From an uncultured Chloroflexia bacterium (GTDB lineage: Bacteria; Chloroflexota; Limnocylindria; Limnocylindrales; CSP1-4), in contig CAWFXA010000003.1 in assembly GCA_963819655.1 (NCBI GenBank), positions 576,001 through 640,000 on the forward strand: a stretch of DNA of 64,000 nucleotides, written 5' to 3'. Of this stretch, positions 1-10,066 are shown piece after piece. A program made the translations under genes and the position numbers. The notes below the pieces were generated by a model. The model was not told where the DNA came from. It did not search any database and was given only the letters and a program-made list of their open reading frames with translations. Every line of letters starts with the position of its first letter. Positions within the stretch are counted from its first letter, which is position 1.

Positions 1-491
1 TCGCCGCGGGTGCTGTCGAGGCCGCGACGCATCAGGTCGCGCAGCCACCGGTCGAGCTCGTCGATCCCCGCCGCGACCTTCCGTTCGCGCGTCGCGATCC
101 GTTTGGCGCGCGCTTCGGGGTCGATCTCGGTCGGCCGTTCTGCCCTGGTTGCGGCGGCGGCAGCTCGACTGGCCCGGCTCTCCAGCCAGGACTGTGCCCA
201 GTCAGGCGGATCGGCAGTCGGGGCGCCACCATCCGCCACCAGGAACAGCAGGCCCAGCGCGTGCTTGCAGGGGATCTTGCGTGACGGGCACGAGCATTTG
301 TAGGCCGGGCCGGCGATATCGACCGCCACCTGGTACGGGTTGGCGCCGCTGCCTTTGCACAGGCCCCAAGCGGCCACATCGGATCGGCCCGCCGAATCCC
401 ATCGACGTCGATCAGCGAGGGCCTCGCCCGAGCGCGCGGCTGCTGCATCGGGCGCCAGCGTCCGGATCTGGTCGTGGGTCAGTGTCGGCAC
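1..491 (-). CDS. SWIM zinc-finger protein (5' part; runs off window)
   Basis: Own translation from GTG 491: VPTLTHDQIRTLAPD...WGLCKGSGANPYQVAVD...YKCSCPSRKIPCKHALGLL, a CxC...CxH SWIM motif; not in ORF track because no stop in window. Confidence 0.85.
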   Translation of the reverse strand, partial: MPTLTHDQIRTLAPDAAAARSGEALADRRRWDSAGRSDVAAWGLCKGSGANPYQVAVDIAGPAYKCSCPSRKIPCKHALGLLFLVADGGAPTADPPDWAQSWLESRASRAAAAATRAERPTEIDPEARAKRIATRERKVAAGIDELDRWLRDLMRRGLDSTRG

Positions 492-542
492 GGCCCGAAT
501 ATCATGCCGCCTCGGTCGTGCATGCCAAAGGAGGCCTTGTCC

Positions 543-1706
543 TCACTTGGAAGGGCGCACATCCGCTGGTTGCCCCCGACCCCGCGACGATGTCGCTTCA
601 AGGATCGTGACTAGGGTGCCGACCCCGGCGACGAGGGCGAGGGTTCCAAGCGCCGAGATCGTCCCTGCGAACGGAACCACCACGAGCGATGCGATCGATC
701 CGGCCAATAGGGTCCAGGAGAGGCGTTTGGACGCAAGGCGGATGAACACCACCGTAGTGATCAGATACAGCGACACGCCGCCGCCGAGCGCCGACGCCGG
801 AACCAGCGCCAGCGGCTCAGCCACGTGTTCCAGGGCGGCCTCGACCCCGAAGGCGTACAGGATGATCGCGCCGACCACGGGCAGGTGGAGGTAGGCGTAG
901 GCATTTCGGGCGTAGCGCACTCGGTCGGGGCCCATCTCGAACGCCAGGCGTCGCAGGCCGAGGTCGGCCGTTGTGCCGAAATAGAGCCACCAGAACGTTG
1001 CGGCCAGGACCATGCTCAGCGCGACAGCTACAAGGACCTGCTGGTCGAGATCGCGCCCGGCCCCTGCCCCGATGGCCAGGATCGACTCCCCGAGCGCGAT
1101 CAGAACGATGAGCCCCTGCCGCTCTGCGAAATGCTCGATGGCCACCTGCCAACCGCTCGATGCCACACCGGTGAGCACGGGGCCGACGTAGGCGATCGCG
1201 AGCGCGGCCACCCAGAGGAACATCCGCATCTCGGGCTCCACAAAGGCGGCCACGACGTATAGCGAGGACCCCAGGATCGCGGTCGGCGCGAACCGGGCCA
1301 GCGCTCCCACCCGGCCCGGATCGGCTCGAGCTGCCAGCGTCAGGAGGACGAGATGGACGAGCCGAACGGCGAAGTAGGCGAGGCCGAACAGCAGCGCATC
1401 ATCCTCGAAGGCGTCTGGCACCGCGAGCGCCACGAACACCAGTGTCCCGGTCGACACGAGCATCGCCAGCCGCGCGACGCCGCGGTCGACCCGGATGGCG
1501 CTGGTGAACCAGGAGTAGACCTCCCACGCTCCCCAGAGCGTGGCGAGAACGAGGAAGCCGCGGAGCAGGCCCATCCAGGTCGGGTCTTCGGCGAGCAGGC
1601 CGGTGATCTGGGTGAACGCAAACACCATCACCAGGTCGAAATAGAGCTCGACCGGGCTGACCCGGTGCTCCATCTCGCGGTCCGGTCCCGAGGTGGCTGT
1701 CGCCAT
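543..1706 (-). CDS. ltrA: Low temperature requirement protein A family membrane protein
   Basis: VSPVELYFDLVMVFAFTQ, HFAERQGLIVLIALGESI and YAYLHLP motifs; many TM helices. Confidence 0.9.
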   Translation of the reverse strand: MATATSGPDREMEHRVSPVELYFDLVMVFAFTQITGLLAEDPTWMGLLRGFLVLATLWGAWEVYSWFTSAIRVDRGVARLAMLVSTGTLVFVALAVPDAFEDDALLFGLAYFAVRLVHLVLLTLAARADPGRVGALARFAPTAILGSSLYVVAAFVEPEMRMFLWVAALAIAYVGPVLTGVASSGWQVAIEHFAERQGLIVLIALGESILAIGAGAGRDLDQQVLVAVALSMVLAATFWWLYFGTTADLGLRRLAFEMGPDRVRYARNAYAYLHLPVVGAIILYAFGVEAALEHVAEPLALVPASALGGGVSLYLITTVVFIRLASKRLSWTLLAGSIASLVVVPFAGTISALGTLALVAGVGTLVTILEATSSRGRGQPADVRPSK

Positions 1707-1755
1707 GTGAATACCGATTCCCTGCGCGGGCCGGGTTGCTGTCGGGTGAGTGGTG

Positions 1756-1960
1756 CTACACCGCGACGCCGGGCCCAAGCGCGGTCCGGCCCGTCGCGGA
1801 TTCGGTGCTCAGCTGGGCGGCGCCGTTACCGGCCGCCGCCGCGATCTCCGCGAGGCGCGTCCCGGTGACCGTCTCCTTGGCGATGAGCTCTGCGGCCAAC
1901 GCATCCAGCAGGTCGCGGTGCCGCAGGAGCAACGCGGCCGCCCGGTCGGGCTCGAATCGC
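1756..1960 (-). pseudogene. Remnant resembling the C-terminal helix of FtsH/peptidase M41
   Basis: RAAALLLRHRDLLDALAAELIAKETVTGTRLAEI resembles the FtsH tail; no AAA or HExGH region upstream. Confidence 0.5.
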
Positions 1961-2057
1961 CCGGAGTCGCGTTTCGTGCAGGGATTGGTCGGGGCGGCCG
2001 CAATTGAACCGACGACCACCGGTCCCCAGACCGCACCCTTTGCTACCCTTGGGCGGA

Positions 2058-2588
2058 TGGTGAGAGGTGACTGGCCTGAGCTCGAGTACCTCGTGATCGG
2101 GACGGGCGTGAGAGTCCTCCACGCCAATGAAGCAGCGGCCAGCGTCTTAGCCGCCGTCCAGGCATTGAACGAAGCGAACTCGGCCCTCCCCGAACAGCCG
2201 ACGGCGGCGGACGTATCGAAGTTTGCGGAGCGATACGCAGCGCAGGTGGCGCCTCTCGAGGCAGCAGCCATAGCACTCGAGACCGAGATGGCCGCGATCG
2301 CACCGGGGCAGAGCCGAAATCCTCGACATCCTCGACACCGACCATGATGCTGCCGGCGTCGCCGAGGAGTACCTGGGGGGCGCCAAGTCCCTTGGCGCAG
2401 CGGCGGTACACGTGACCGAGGCACTCGCCACGTTCCCCCGATCCCTCGAGAACCTTGGTCGGACCTTGCCGCCGGTCGAAGACGCGACCGCCGGCCTCGC
2501 ATCCGCGATGCGGCGCGTGTTAGTTGCCCTCGAACCCGCCATCGGATGGGGGGATCGCTCCGCCACGATCCTGTCCGACTGGACGTGA
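2058..2588 (+). CDS. Hypothetical helical protein, frameshifted near 2310
   Basis: MVRGDWPELEYL...AAIAPG continues in another frame as AEILDILDTDHDAAGVAEEYL...LSDWT* with coding-like codon usage. Confidence 0.45.
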
Positions 2589-2913
2589 TGGTAGCGGCCA
2601 CGTGAGCCGCAGTCGGCAGTTCCGGGCAGGCTCCGGCTCGGCTCCGAGCGTCGCGGTCGATCCCGGCTCGTCCGGAGCTCCTCGAGGTCGAGCTCGCGTT
2701 CGATCGTGCGAAGGGTCTGGTCGTTGATCTTACAGACACCTTCACCAGCCGCTACATCGACGCCGGCGACGTTCGCCTGCACCGTCATCGGCGGCGAGGG
2801 CCCGCCGCCGCTGCTCGTGTGAACCCACCTGGAAGGTTTGGCGTGCCGGAGGCGGAGCCTCGACCTTCCGGGGACGAGGAACGGCCGTAGGACGTGGTCA
2901 TGACGAACTCCCT

Positions 2914-4110
2914 TCAGACCGAGCGGAGCGGCCGGAACGCCGCGCGCACCTCGGCCGAGAAGATTTCGGGCTCTTCCCACGCTGCGAAGTGCCCGCCCTT
3001 GTCGGTCTCGTTGAAATACGTGAGGGTCGGGTAGCTCTTCGCGACCCAGCTGCGCGGAGCCCGGAAGACCTCGCCAGGGAACGTCGTGAAGCCGACCGGA
3101 ACCGAGACAGGCGGAGGGGCCTGGCCTGCCGCAACAGCTTGGGCTCGTCCGGTCTCCCAGTACGCCCGGGCCGCAGATGCGCCAGTACCCGTAAGCCAGT
3201 ACAGCGTGATGTTGTCGAGGATGTGGTCCCGGGTGAGATTGCCCACGGGCTGCCCATCGACAAAAGCGTCGGTGATCTTCTCGTAGCTGTCGGTGTCGTG
3301 ATCGAGCATCCAGGCCGCCAGCCCGACCGGTGAATCCAGCAGGGAGTAGCCGATCGTCTGTGGCCGGGTGGCCTGCTCCAGGTAGTAGCCGAAGCCCGTG
3401 GCCCTGAACGTGGCGAGCGTGGCGGCCGCCGCGAGCTCCTCATCGGATTCGGCCGGCAGCTGCCCGCCCAGCGCCGAGGCGAGCAGGTTCATGTGGATGC
3501 CGAGCAGCCCCTGGGGAGCCAGCCGGCCCAGAACATCGGTGACCAAGGCACCCACATCGCCGCCTTGTGCGACATACCGTGTGTAGCCGAGGCGATGCAT
3601 CAGCTCCGCCCAAGCGCGCGCGACGCGGCCGACGTCCCAACCGACTTCGGTCGGCTCGCCGGAGAACCCGTAGCCCGGCACCGACGGCAAGACGAGGTGG
3701 AATGCGTCCTCGGCGCGTCCGCCGCGGGCGGTCGGGTCCGTAAGCGGGCCGACGGTGTCCAGCAGCTCAATGACCGAGCCGGGCCAGCCGTGCGTCATGA
3801 TCAGCGGCATCGCGTCCGCGTGCGGCGACCGTACGTGAACGAAGTGGATGTCCAGCCCGTCGATCTCGGTCGTGAACTGCGGGAGCGAGTTGAGTCTCGC
3901 CTCGACCCGGCCGAGGTCGTAGTCGGTGGCCCAGTACCGGGCGAGCTCCTGGATCGTCGCCAGTTGGACGCCCTGGGAGCGATCCGGCACCAGCTCCTTG
4001 TGGGGCCAGCGTGTGGCGGCGATGCGGCGTCGAAGGTCGACCAACTGGTCGTTCGACACGTCGATATGGAATGGGCGGATCTCGATGGGAGTTTCGGTGG
4101 CGGTGATCAC
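2914..4110 (-). CDS. Epoxide hydrolase (EHN plus alpha/beta hydrolase)
   Basis: IRPFHIDV, HGWPGS, QGGDVG nucleophile, GGHFAAWEEP. Confidence 0.95.
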   Translation of the reverse strand: MITATETPIEIRPFHIDVSNDQLVDLRRRIAATRWPHKELVPDRSQGVQLATIQELARYWATDYDLGRVEARLNSLPQFTTEIDGLDIHFVHVRSPHADAMPLIMTHGWPGSVIELLDTVGPLTDPTARGGRAEDAFHLVLPSVPGYGFSGEPTEVGWDVGRVARAWAELMHRLGYTRYVAQGGDVGALVTDVLGRLAPQGLLGIHMNLLASALGGQLPAESDEELAAAATLATFRATGFGYYLEQATRPQTIGYSLLDSPVGLAAWMLDHDTDSYEKITDAFVDGQPVGNLTRDHILDNITLYWLTGTGASAARAYWETGRAQAVAAGQAPPPVSVPVGFTTFPGEVFRAPRSWVAKSYPTLTYFNETDKGGHFAAWEEPEIFSAEVRAAFRPLRSV

Positions 4111-4270
4111 GATGGGCTCCTTCTGCCGCTCCTGCGGAGCGAGCGACCATGGTTGCTCCGGCGCCTCTTCAGTTCGCGCCCGGTGATAGGCACCGGCTCC
4201 GGAAGTTGCGATGGGATATCCGGTGGCCGGCCCCCAAAGCCGGCCGCCGGATGCTGGGCTGAGAAGAGGT

Positions 4271-4759
4271 TCAGCCCAGTGACGAAAGCAGCTGCGCCGC
4301 GCGCTGGGAGTGCGCCTCCGTCACGGTGACGTCGTACCGGTCCGCGACGACGGCGCTGGCCGAGGCGAAGTCGCGCTGGCCATGCGTCGTCCAGTGAGAG
4401 ACGAAGCCGAAGATCGCTCCCCAGACCGCGCCGATCACCGCCGCGGTGAGGGTCACGGCGATCCACTCGGGCCCGATCACGAACAGGGTGATCAGCAATC
4501 CGACGAACGCCCCGAACCATGCGCCCGAGGCCGCCCCCATCAGCGTTGCTCGGGTCTTGGTCAACCGACCTACGACCTGCTCGACGAGACGAAGGTCCCT
4601 GCCGACGATCGCCGACTGCTCCACCGGAAACCCGGAGTCGGAGAGATGATCGACCGCGCGCTGGGCCTGCTCGTATGTCGGATAGCTGGCGACGACCTGG
4701 CCGGAGGCGGCCGACGCGATCCCCCTGGCCGCACCGTCGAAGCTGGTGGCTGCACTCAT
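4271..4759 (-). CDS. General stress protein 17M/YflT-like membrane protein
   Basis: VASYPTYEQAQRAVDHLSDSGFPVEQSAIVGRDLRLVEQV, two TM helices; GGAGG RBS. Confidence 0.85.
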   Translation of the reverse strand: MSAATSFDGAARGIASAASGQVVASYPTYEQAQRAVDHLSDSGFPVEQSAIVGRDLRLVEQVVGRLTKTRATLMGAASGAWFGAFVGLLITLFVIGPEWIAVTLTAAVIGAVWGAIFGFVSHWTTHGQRDFASASAVVADRYDVTVTEAHSQRAAQLLSSLG

Positions 4760-4838
4760 CGCTGGATCCTCCTGGAAAAGGGACGGGGCCCATCGGCCTG
4801 CTCGATAGCCACCACGGTCACACGAGATCGGCCGGATG

Positions 4839-4860
4839 GCACCCGTGGGACCCACTGGTT
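4839..4860 (-). promoter_or_regulatory. Putative LAL-regulator site overlapping -35
   Basis: AACCAGTGGGTCCCACGGGTGC; GTGCCA-N17-GACCGT follows; motif recurs at 6493, 9368 and 9972. Confidence 0.55.
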
Positions 4861-4910
4861 GATGCACGGGTGCGCGCCGGTTGACGATCCCCTCGACCAT
4901 CGGTGGATCA

Positions 4911-5597
4911 CTACGCTGCTACTCGTGCGCTGGCACGGTCGGACTGGTTCGCCGGCGCTGCCACGATCGACGGCTCGTTCTTTCGCCTGAACAGGACGAT
5001 GGAAGCCCCGGCCACCCACACGAGCAGCGGAACGATGTTCATGTAGGTCACGTCGACGACCAACGTGATCGCGATGAGGATCCCGAACGCGGCTAGCCAA
5101 CGCGGGAGGACACTCGTTCGGAGGATGACGATGGAGGTCGCGATCAGAAGGAGGATCCCCGCGAAACCGCCCCCGAGCAGGAGCAGCAGCGACCCCAGCT
5201 GCGGGAGGACCCGCACGACGTCGACGTCGCTCACGGGCGCACCCGATAACCCGACGGCGTAAGCGACGGCCGCGAGGGCCCCAGCGGAGACACTCCAGAC
5301 CGCGGTGAAGACAACGCCAGCACCGAAGACGATGCTCGAAAGCGTGCCCGGGTCACCCTCGGCTCGGCGGAGGACGGATCGCAGGCCCGCGACGAACCCC
5401 AGGAACGCGAGTCCACCGATCACCCACAGGTAGGCACCGATGATGTTGCGCGTGTGGGTCGCGCTATCGGCGAGGTAACCGGCGATCTCCTGAGCGGAGG
5501 CGTCGGCTTTCGGGACGTCGGCGATGAATGACGCGCCGGCGAGCATGAGCACGACGAAAACGATGCCGCTCAGGGCAGTCCAGCGATGGTTCAACAC
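4911..5597 (-). CDS. Integral membrane protein (DUF4386-like)
   Basis: About six hydrophobic helices; AAGGAG RBS. Confidence 0.75.
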   Translation of the reverse strand: MLNHRWTALSGIVFVVLMLAGASFIADVPKADASAQEIAGYLADSATHTRNIIGAYLWVIGGLAFLGFVAGLRSVLRRAEGDPGTLSSIVFGAGVVFTAVWSVSAGALAAVAYAVGLSGAPVSDVDVVRVLPQLGSLLLLLGGGFAGILLLIATSIVILRTSVLPRWLAAFGILIAITLVVDVTYMNIVPLLVWVAGASIVLFRRKNEPSIVAAPANQSDRASARVAA

Positions 5598-5751
5598 GAT
5601 GCACTCCTTATGCGATCGATCTGAGGGCCACTGGATGCGTTGACGACTCAGCCGTACATCGAACTTCCTCCTCGAGCCAGGCGAGACAACAGGGTCTCCG
5701 CAGCCATCGGACCGGCTTCCAATTCGACAAGCGCCGGGACCTCGGGCTTGT

Positions 5752-6438
5752 TTATCGCGCGGCTTCCTTCGTCTGATGTGTCTCCGACCGCCACGGGAAC
5801 CGTCGGAGTTCCGTCGCGAGTGACAGGACGCCCGACTCGCCGTAGCGCTGCGCCCACGCGCGCATCAAGTCATCGCTGTCGATGAGGAACTCCCAGTCGC
5901 CCCTGACCGGACTTCGCACGAAGACGAACGGCACCGGCGACTCGAACGGTCTGAAGCTCGGGTTGTGGAGCGCGGGCACCTCGTTGCCCTCGTAGTACGG
6001 CCCGTATAGGACGCCGTCGTCCCGGTACGAACGAAGGGCCAGGTGCTGGAGGACGACCTCGAAGATGCTTCGGGCACGATCGGCCGGCAGGTCGCTGAAG
6101 ACGACTGCGATGACCTTCGGGTCGTCGTCGTCCGCGCCGACCGGCGGAGACGCCAGGAGCAGCCTCCGGTAGTCGTCCATGAGCTCGACGATGTCCGACG
6201 AGCTCCGATCGGCGACATGCTCGATCGCGAGCCACAGGGAGTTGCGCTCCAGTGTCAGCGGGACATACGGACAGACCGGTCCAGGACGACCCAACTCCGC
6301 GTGCGGTCCCACCACGAAGCTCCTGATCCAGTCCGCGATGGCCCGAAGAGCCCGGAGGTCGTCGTCGGCCAGGGTCTTCGTCCTGGAGGGGTCCTCGAGA
6401 TCCTTGAGCAGATAGAGATCGGTAGTCAGCAGTGCCAT
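5752..6438 (-). CDS. Conserved hypothetical protein (DUF6875-like)
   Basis: PHAELGRPGPVCPYV and NPSFRPFESPVPFVFVR motifs. Confidence 0.75.
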   Translation of the reverse strand: MALLTTDLYLLKDLEDPSRTKTLADDDLRALRAIADWIRSFVVGPHAELGRPGPVCPYVPLTLERNSLWLAIEHVADRSSSDIVELMDDYRRLLLASPPVGADDDDPKVIAVVFSDLPADRARSIFEVVLQHLALRSYRDDGVLYGPYYEGNEVPALHNPSFRPFESPVPFVFVRSPVRGDWEFLIDSDDLMRAWAQRYGESGVLSLATELRRFPWRSETHQTKEAAR

Positions 6439-6492
6439 CGTTTCATCTCCCGATGCGAGCTGAGGAGACGATGCGTCGCGCGCGCAGCTGTG

Positions 6493-6523
6493 GCACCCGT
6501 GACTGCCCCGGGTCCTTCACTGG
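6493..6523 (-). promoter_or_regulatory. Putative LAL-regulator site with an extra upstream CCAGTG half-site
   Basis: Minus strand CCAGTG...GACCCGGGGCAGTCACGGGTGC; GTGCCA-N17-CATCGT. Confidence 0.5.
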
Positions 6524-6585
6524 TTTGACCCGGGCGCGTACGATCATCGCCCGAGGCGCCATATGAGCCGACGAGGGAACTGCTC

Positions 6586-9337
6586 GTGCGGGCATGGGAC
6601 GAGGGACAACCGCGCCTAACCGATCGGCGCGCGGAGTGCGCGCAGCTCGATCAACTCATCGCGGGCGCGCGTGCCGGCAACAGTGGGGCCATCGTGGTTC
6701 GGGGTGAGCCAGGCGTCGGCAAGACGGCGTTGCTCGAGTACGTCGTGACTCGAGCGGCCGGATGCCGGGTCGCACGCGCGGCGGGCGTCGAGTCGGAGAT
6801 GGAGCTCGCCTTCGCCGGGCTGCAACAACTATGCGCGCCGCTCCTCGGCCATCTCGGCGATCTGCCGGCGCCGCAGCGGAACGCCCTCGGGACCGCCTTC
6901 GGTCTTCAAAGTGGTGACCCACCTGACCGTTTCATGGTGGGTCTCGCGGTGCTGAGCTTGCTGTCCGACGCCGCCACCGAGCAGCCCGTGGTCTGTTTCG
7001 TCGACGACGCACAGTGGCTGGATCGTGCCTCAGCCCAGGTCCTGGGGTTCGTCGCTCGGCGGCTCGCGGCCGAGTCCGTTGTGATCATCTTTGCTGGTCG
7101 CGATTCAGCCGATGGCGCCGACCTCGCTGGTCTATCGGAGTTGCGGGTCGCACCCCTCGCTGATTCGGACGCCCGCGCCGTGCTCGCCGAGGCGATACCG
7201 ATGAAGCTCGACCAGTCGGTGCGGGACAGAATCGTCGCCGAGGCGCGCGGCAATCCCCTAGCATTGCTGGAGCTGCCCAAGGCGTGGACGGCATCGGCCA
7301 TTGCCGGAGGCTTTGGCGTGCCTGATGGAGTGTCCGTTCGGGGCCGAGTCGAGGAAGGTTTCCGACGGCGGCTGACTCCTCTCCCGGACCGCACCAGGCA
7401 ACTTCTCCTTGTCGCGGCGGCGGAGCCGGTCGGCGATCCGGCCCTGGTGCGGGCTGCTGCGGAGCGTCTCGGGATTCCCGCGGATGCCGCGAGCCCGGCG
7501 ATCGCGGCCGGGCTGCTCGACATGGGAGCGCGGGTCAGGTTCCGGCATCCTCTCCTGCGGTCCGTGGTCTATGGCGAAGCCGCGGTCGGCGAACGCCGGC
7601 TGGCCCACGCGGCACTCGCCGAGGCGACCGACGCCGCGTCGGATCCGGATCGGCGGGCATGGCATCTCGCGGCAGCGGCCGGTGGTCCAGACGAAGAGGT
7701 CGCAGTTGAGCTCGAGCGTTCGGCCGGCCGCGCCCAGGCGCGCGGCGGCTTCGCGGCCGCAGCGGCGTTCCTTCGACGCGCGGTTGCTCTGACGGCGGAC
7801 CCGGCGCAGCGCTCGCATCGGGCGTTTGCGGCGGCGCAGTCAAGCCTCCAGGCGGGAGCCTTCGACGCGACGCTCGATCTGCTCGGCATGGCCGAGGCTG
7901 GACCGCTCGACGAGTTCCAGCGGGCGCTCACTGACCTCCTCCGAGGGCAAGTCGCGTTCAGCTCAGGCCTTGGCGCGGAGGCTCCGGCGCTCCTCCTAAG
8001 CGCAGCCCGGCGACTCGAGACGTTCGACCCGAATCTCGCCCGCGAGACCTATCTGACGGCGTGGGGTGGCGCGGTCGGCGCCGGGCACATCACGGGCAAC
8101 GCTCTCGTCCTCGAGATCTGCGCTGCGATCCGCGCCCTCACTCCACGACCGGAGGGGCCGGGCCCCATCGACCTCCTGCTCGACGGCCTGGCGCTCCTGA
8201 CAACCGAGGGGCACGCCGCCGCAACCACGACGTTGCGACTGGCGGCGATCAAGCTGGGCGACCTATCCGCTGGGGATGTCCTGCGTTGGGGCTGGGCGGC
8301 GGCCGGTGCGAGCAACGCGCTGTGGGACGAGGATGCGGCGCACGAGATCTCGGCGAAACACCTCCAGGTTGTGCGGGACGCCGGCGCGCTCGCGCAATTG
8401 CCGATCCAACTCTCGGCGTTGGCAGTCTCAGAAGCGTGGATGGGCCACTTCGCGGCCGCCGCTTCCCTGATCGCGGAGAGTGACGGCGTGGCGGCAGCGA
8501 TCGGAAGCCGTCTCGCCCCGTACGCCTTGCTCCGGCTACGAGCGCTCCAGGGCCGTGAGGAGCCTGCATCGCCGCTTTCATCGACGAGCCTTATCGAGGC
8601 AACGCCAGCCGCACGCACACTGGGCCGCCGCGGTCCTGAACAATGGCATGGGCCGCTACGAAGCGGCGGTATCGTCGGCCCGTATCGTGGCGGCGAGCAC
8701 GTACGACCCCTGGGTTTCGATGTGGGCACTCCCGGAGCTCGTCGAAGCAGCCGCCCGCAGCGGCGACTTCGACCTGGCACGTGATGCCCTGGAGCGACTC
8801 GCCGACACGACGCGGCCCGCCGGCAACGACCTCGCCCTTGGCATCGAAGCTCGCAGTCGGGCGCTCGTCAATGATCGCGCGACGGGTTTGGCCCTCTACC
8901 GCGAAGCAATCGATCGTTTGAGCCGGACGCAGGTCCGAACGGAGCTCGCACGAGCGTATCTCCTTTATGGGGAGTGGCTGCGCCGCGAGGGCCGGCGGGT
9001 CGACGCCCGTGAGCAGCTGCTGACCGCCCACGAGATGTTCGCCTCGATCGGCATGGAGGCATTCGCCGAGCGCGCTCGCCGGGAGCTGCTGGCAACCGGC
9101 GAACGCGTTCGCAAGCGCTCCGTGGAGACGCTCGACGAGCTGACGCCCCAGGAGCTGCAGATCGCGCGGCTCGCCGCCGACGGGCGGACCAACCAGGAGA
9201 TCGGGGCTGAGTTGTTCCTGAGCTCGCGCACCGTCGAGTGGCACCTCCGGAAGGTATTCGCCAAGATCGGTGTGGGCTCTCGCCGGGAGCTGCGGACCGC
9301 GCTCCCGAAGGCGGACCGGACGGCCGTCGGGGTCTAG
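6586..9337 (+). CDS. LAL-type regulator (AAA ATPase, TPR-like region, LuxR HTH), frameshifted near 8570-8620
   Basis: GEPGVGKT Walker A, VDDAQWLD Walker B, GNPLALLEL; C-terminal LTPQELQIARLAADGRTNQEIGAELFLSSRTVEWHLRKVFAK in ORF 8480..9337. Confidence 0.9.
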
Positions 9338-9367
9338 CCCGGGTCGGCTGGGGCTACGCGGCCCGCG

Positions 9368-9389
9368 AACCAGTGATCGTGACGGGCGC
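9368..9389 (+). promoter_or_regulatory. Putative LAL-regulator site overlapping -35
   Basis: AACCAGTGATCGTGACGGGCGC; GCGCGA-N18-GAACCT. Confidence 0.55.
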
Positions 9390-9461
9390 GAAGGTACGTT
9401 GGGCCGGATGAACCTACTCGGGAGCACCAGGAGGGACCTGGCGCTGCGAGTGGGAGTTGCC

Positions 9462-9909
9462 GTGTTGGACAGGAAGCTCGCTGTCGTCGTGATCCCGGTT
9501 GTGGATGTCGATCGCGCGAAGGAGTTCTACGCAGCGATCGGCTTCCGTGAAGACTTCGACGTTTCGTCGGGCGAGGACTTTCGCGTCGTACGGTTCACGC
9601 CTCCAGGATCCACCGCCTCGATCATCTTCGGCCGGGGCATCACCGCCGCCATACCGGGCTCGGTCGAGGGACTCGTGCTCGCGGTCCGCGACGTGTCGAT
9701 CGCCCGTGCCGACTTGATGGACCGCGGCGTCGACGTAACGGACGCGTTCCACGACCTCGGCGGCGTCTTCTGACCACCGGGATCCGACGTTCGAGATCCC
9801 CGGCCCGGACCCGGCGCGACGCGACCACCGGACCTTCGCGCGGTTTGTGGACCCGGATGGCAACGAGTGGGTCCTCCAGGAAGTTCGGGAGCGCGAACCC
9901 GATACGTGA
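9462..9909 (+). CDS. VOC/glyoxalase family protein, frameshifted at ~9771
   Basis: VVIPVVDVDRAKEFY...FTPPGS; other frame gives PGPDPARRDHRTFARFVDPDGNEWVLQEV. Confidence 0.85.
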
Positions 9910-9971
9910 CGGTCGCGACTGGGAATGGGAACCGGCGGCAGCGCGAGCCGACCAGTGGCGACCCCGGGGGT

Positions 9972-9993
9972 TTCCAGTCGGACCGCCGGGCGC
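9972..9993 (+). promoter_or_regulatory. Putative LAL-regulator site overlapping -35
   Basis: TTCCAGTCGGACCGCCGGGCGC; GCGCAA-N18-GACGCT; extra ACCAGTG at 9951. Confidence 0.45.
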
Positions 9994-10066
9994 AAGGCAC
10001 AGCGCCGCCACCCGACGCTGGTGGACGCCGACCACCTCCGGTCGGGTGATCACCAAGGAGATTGCG

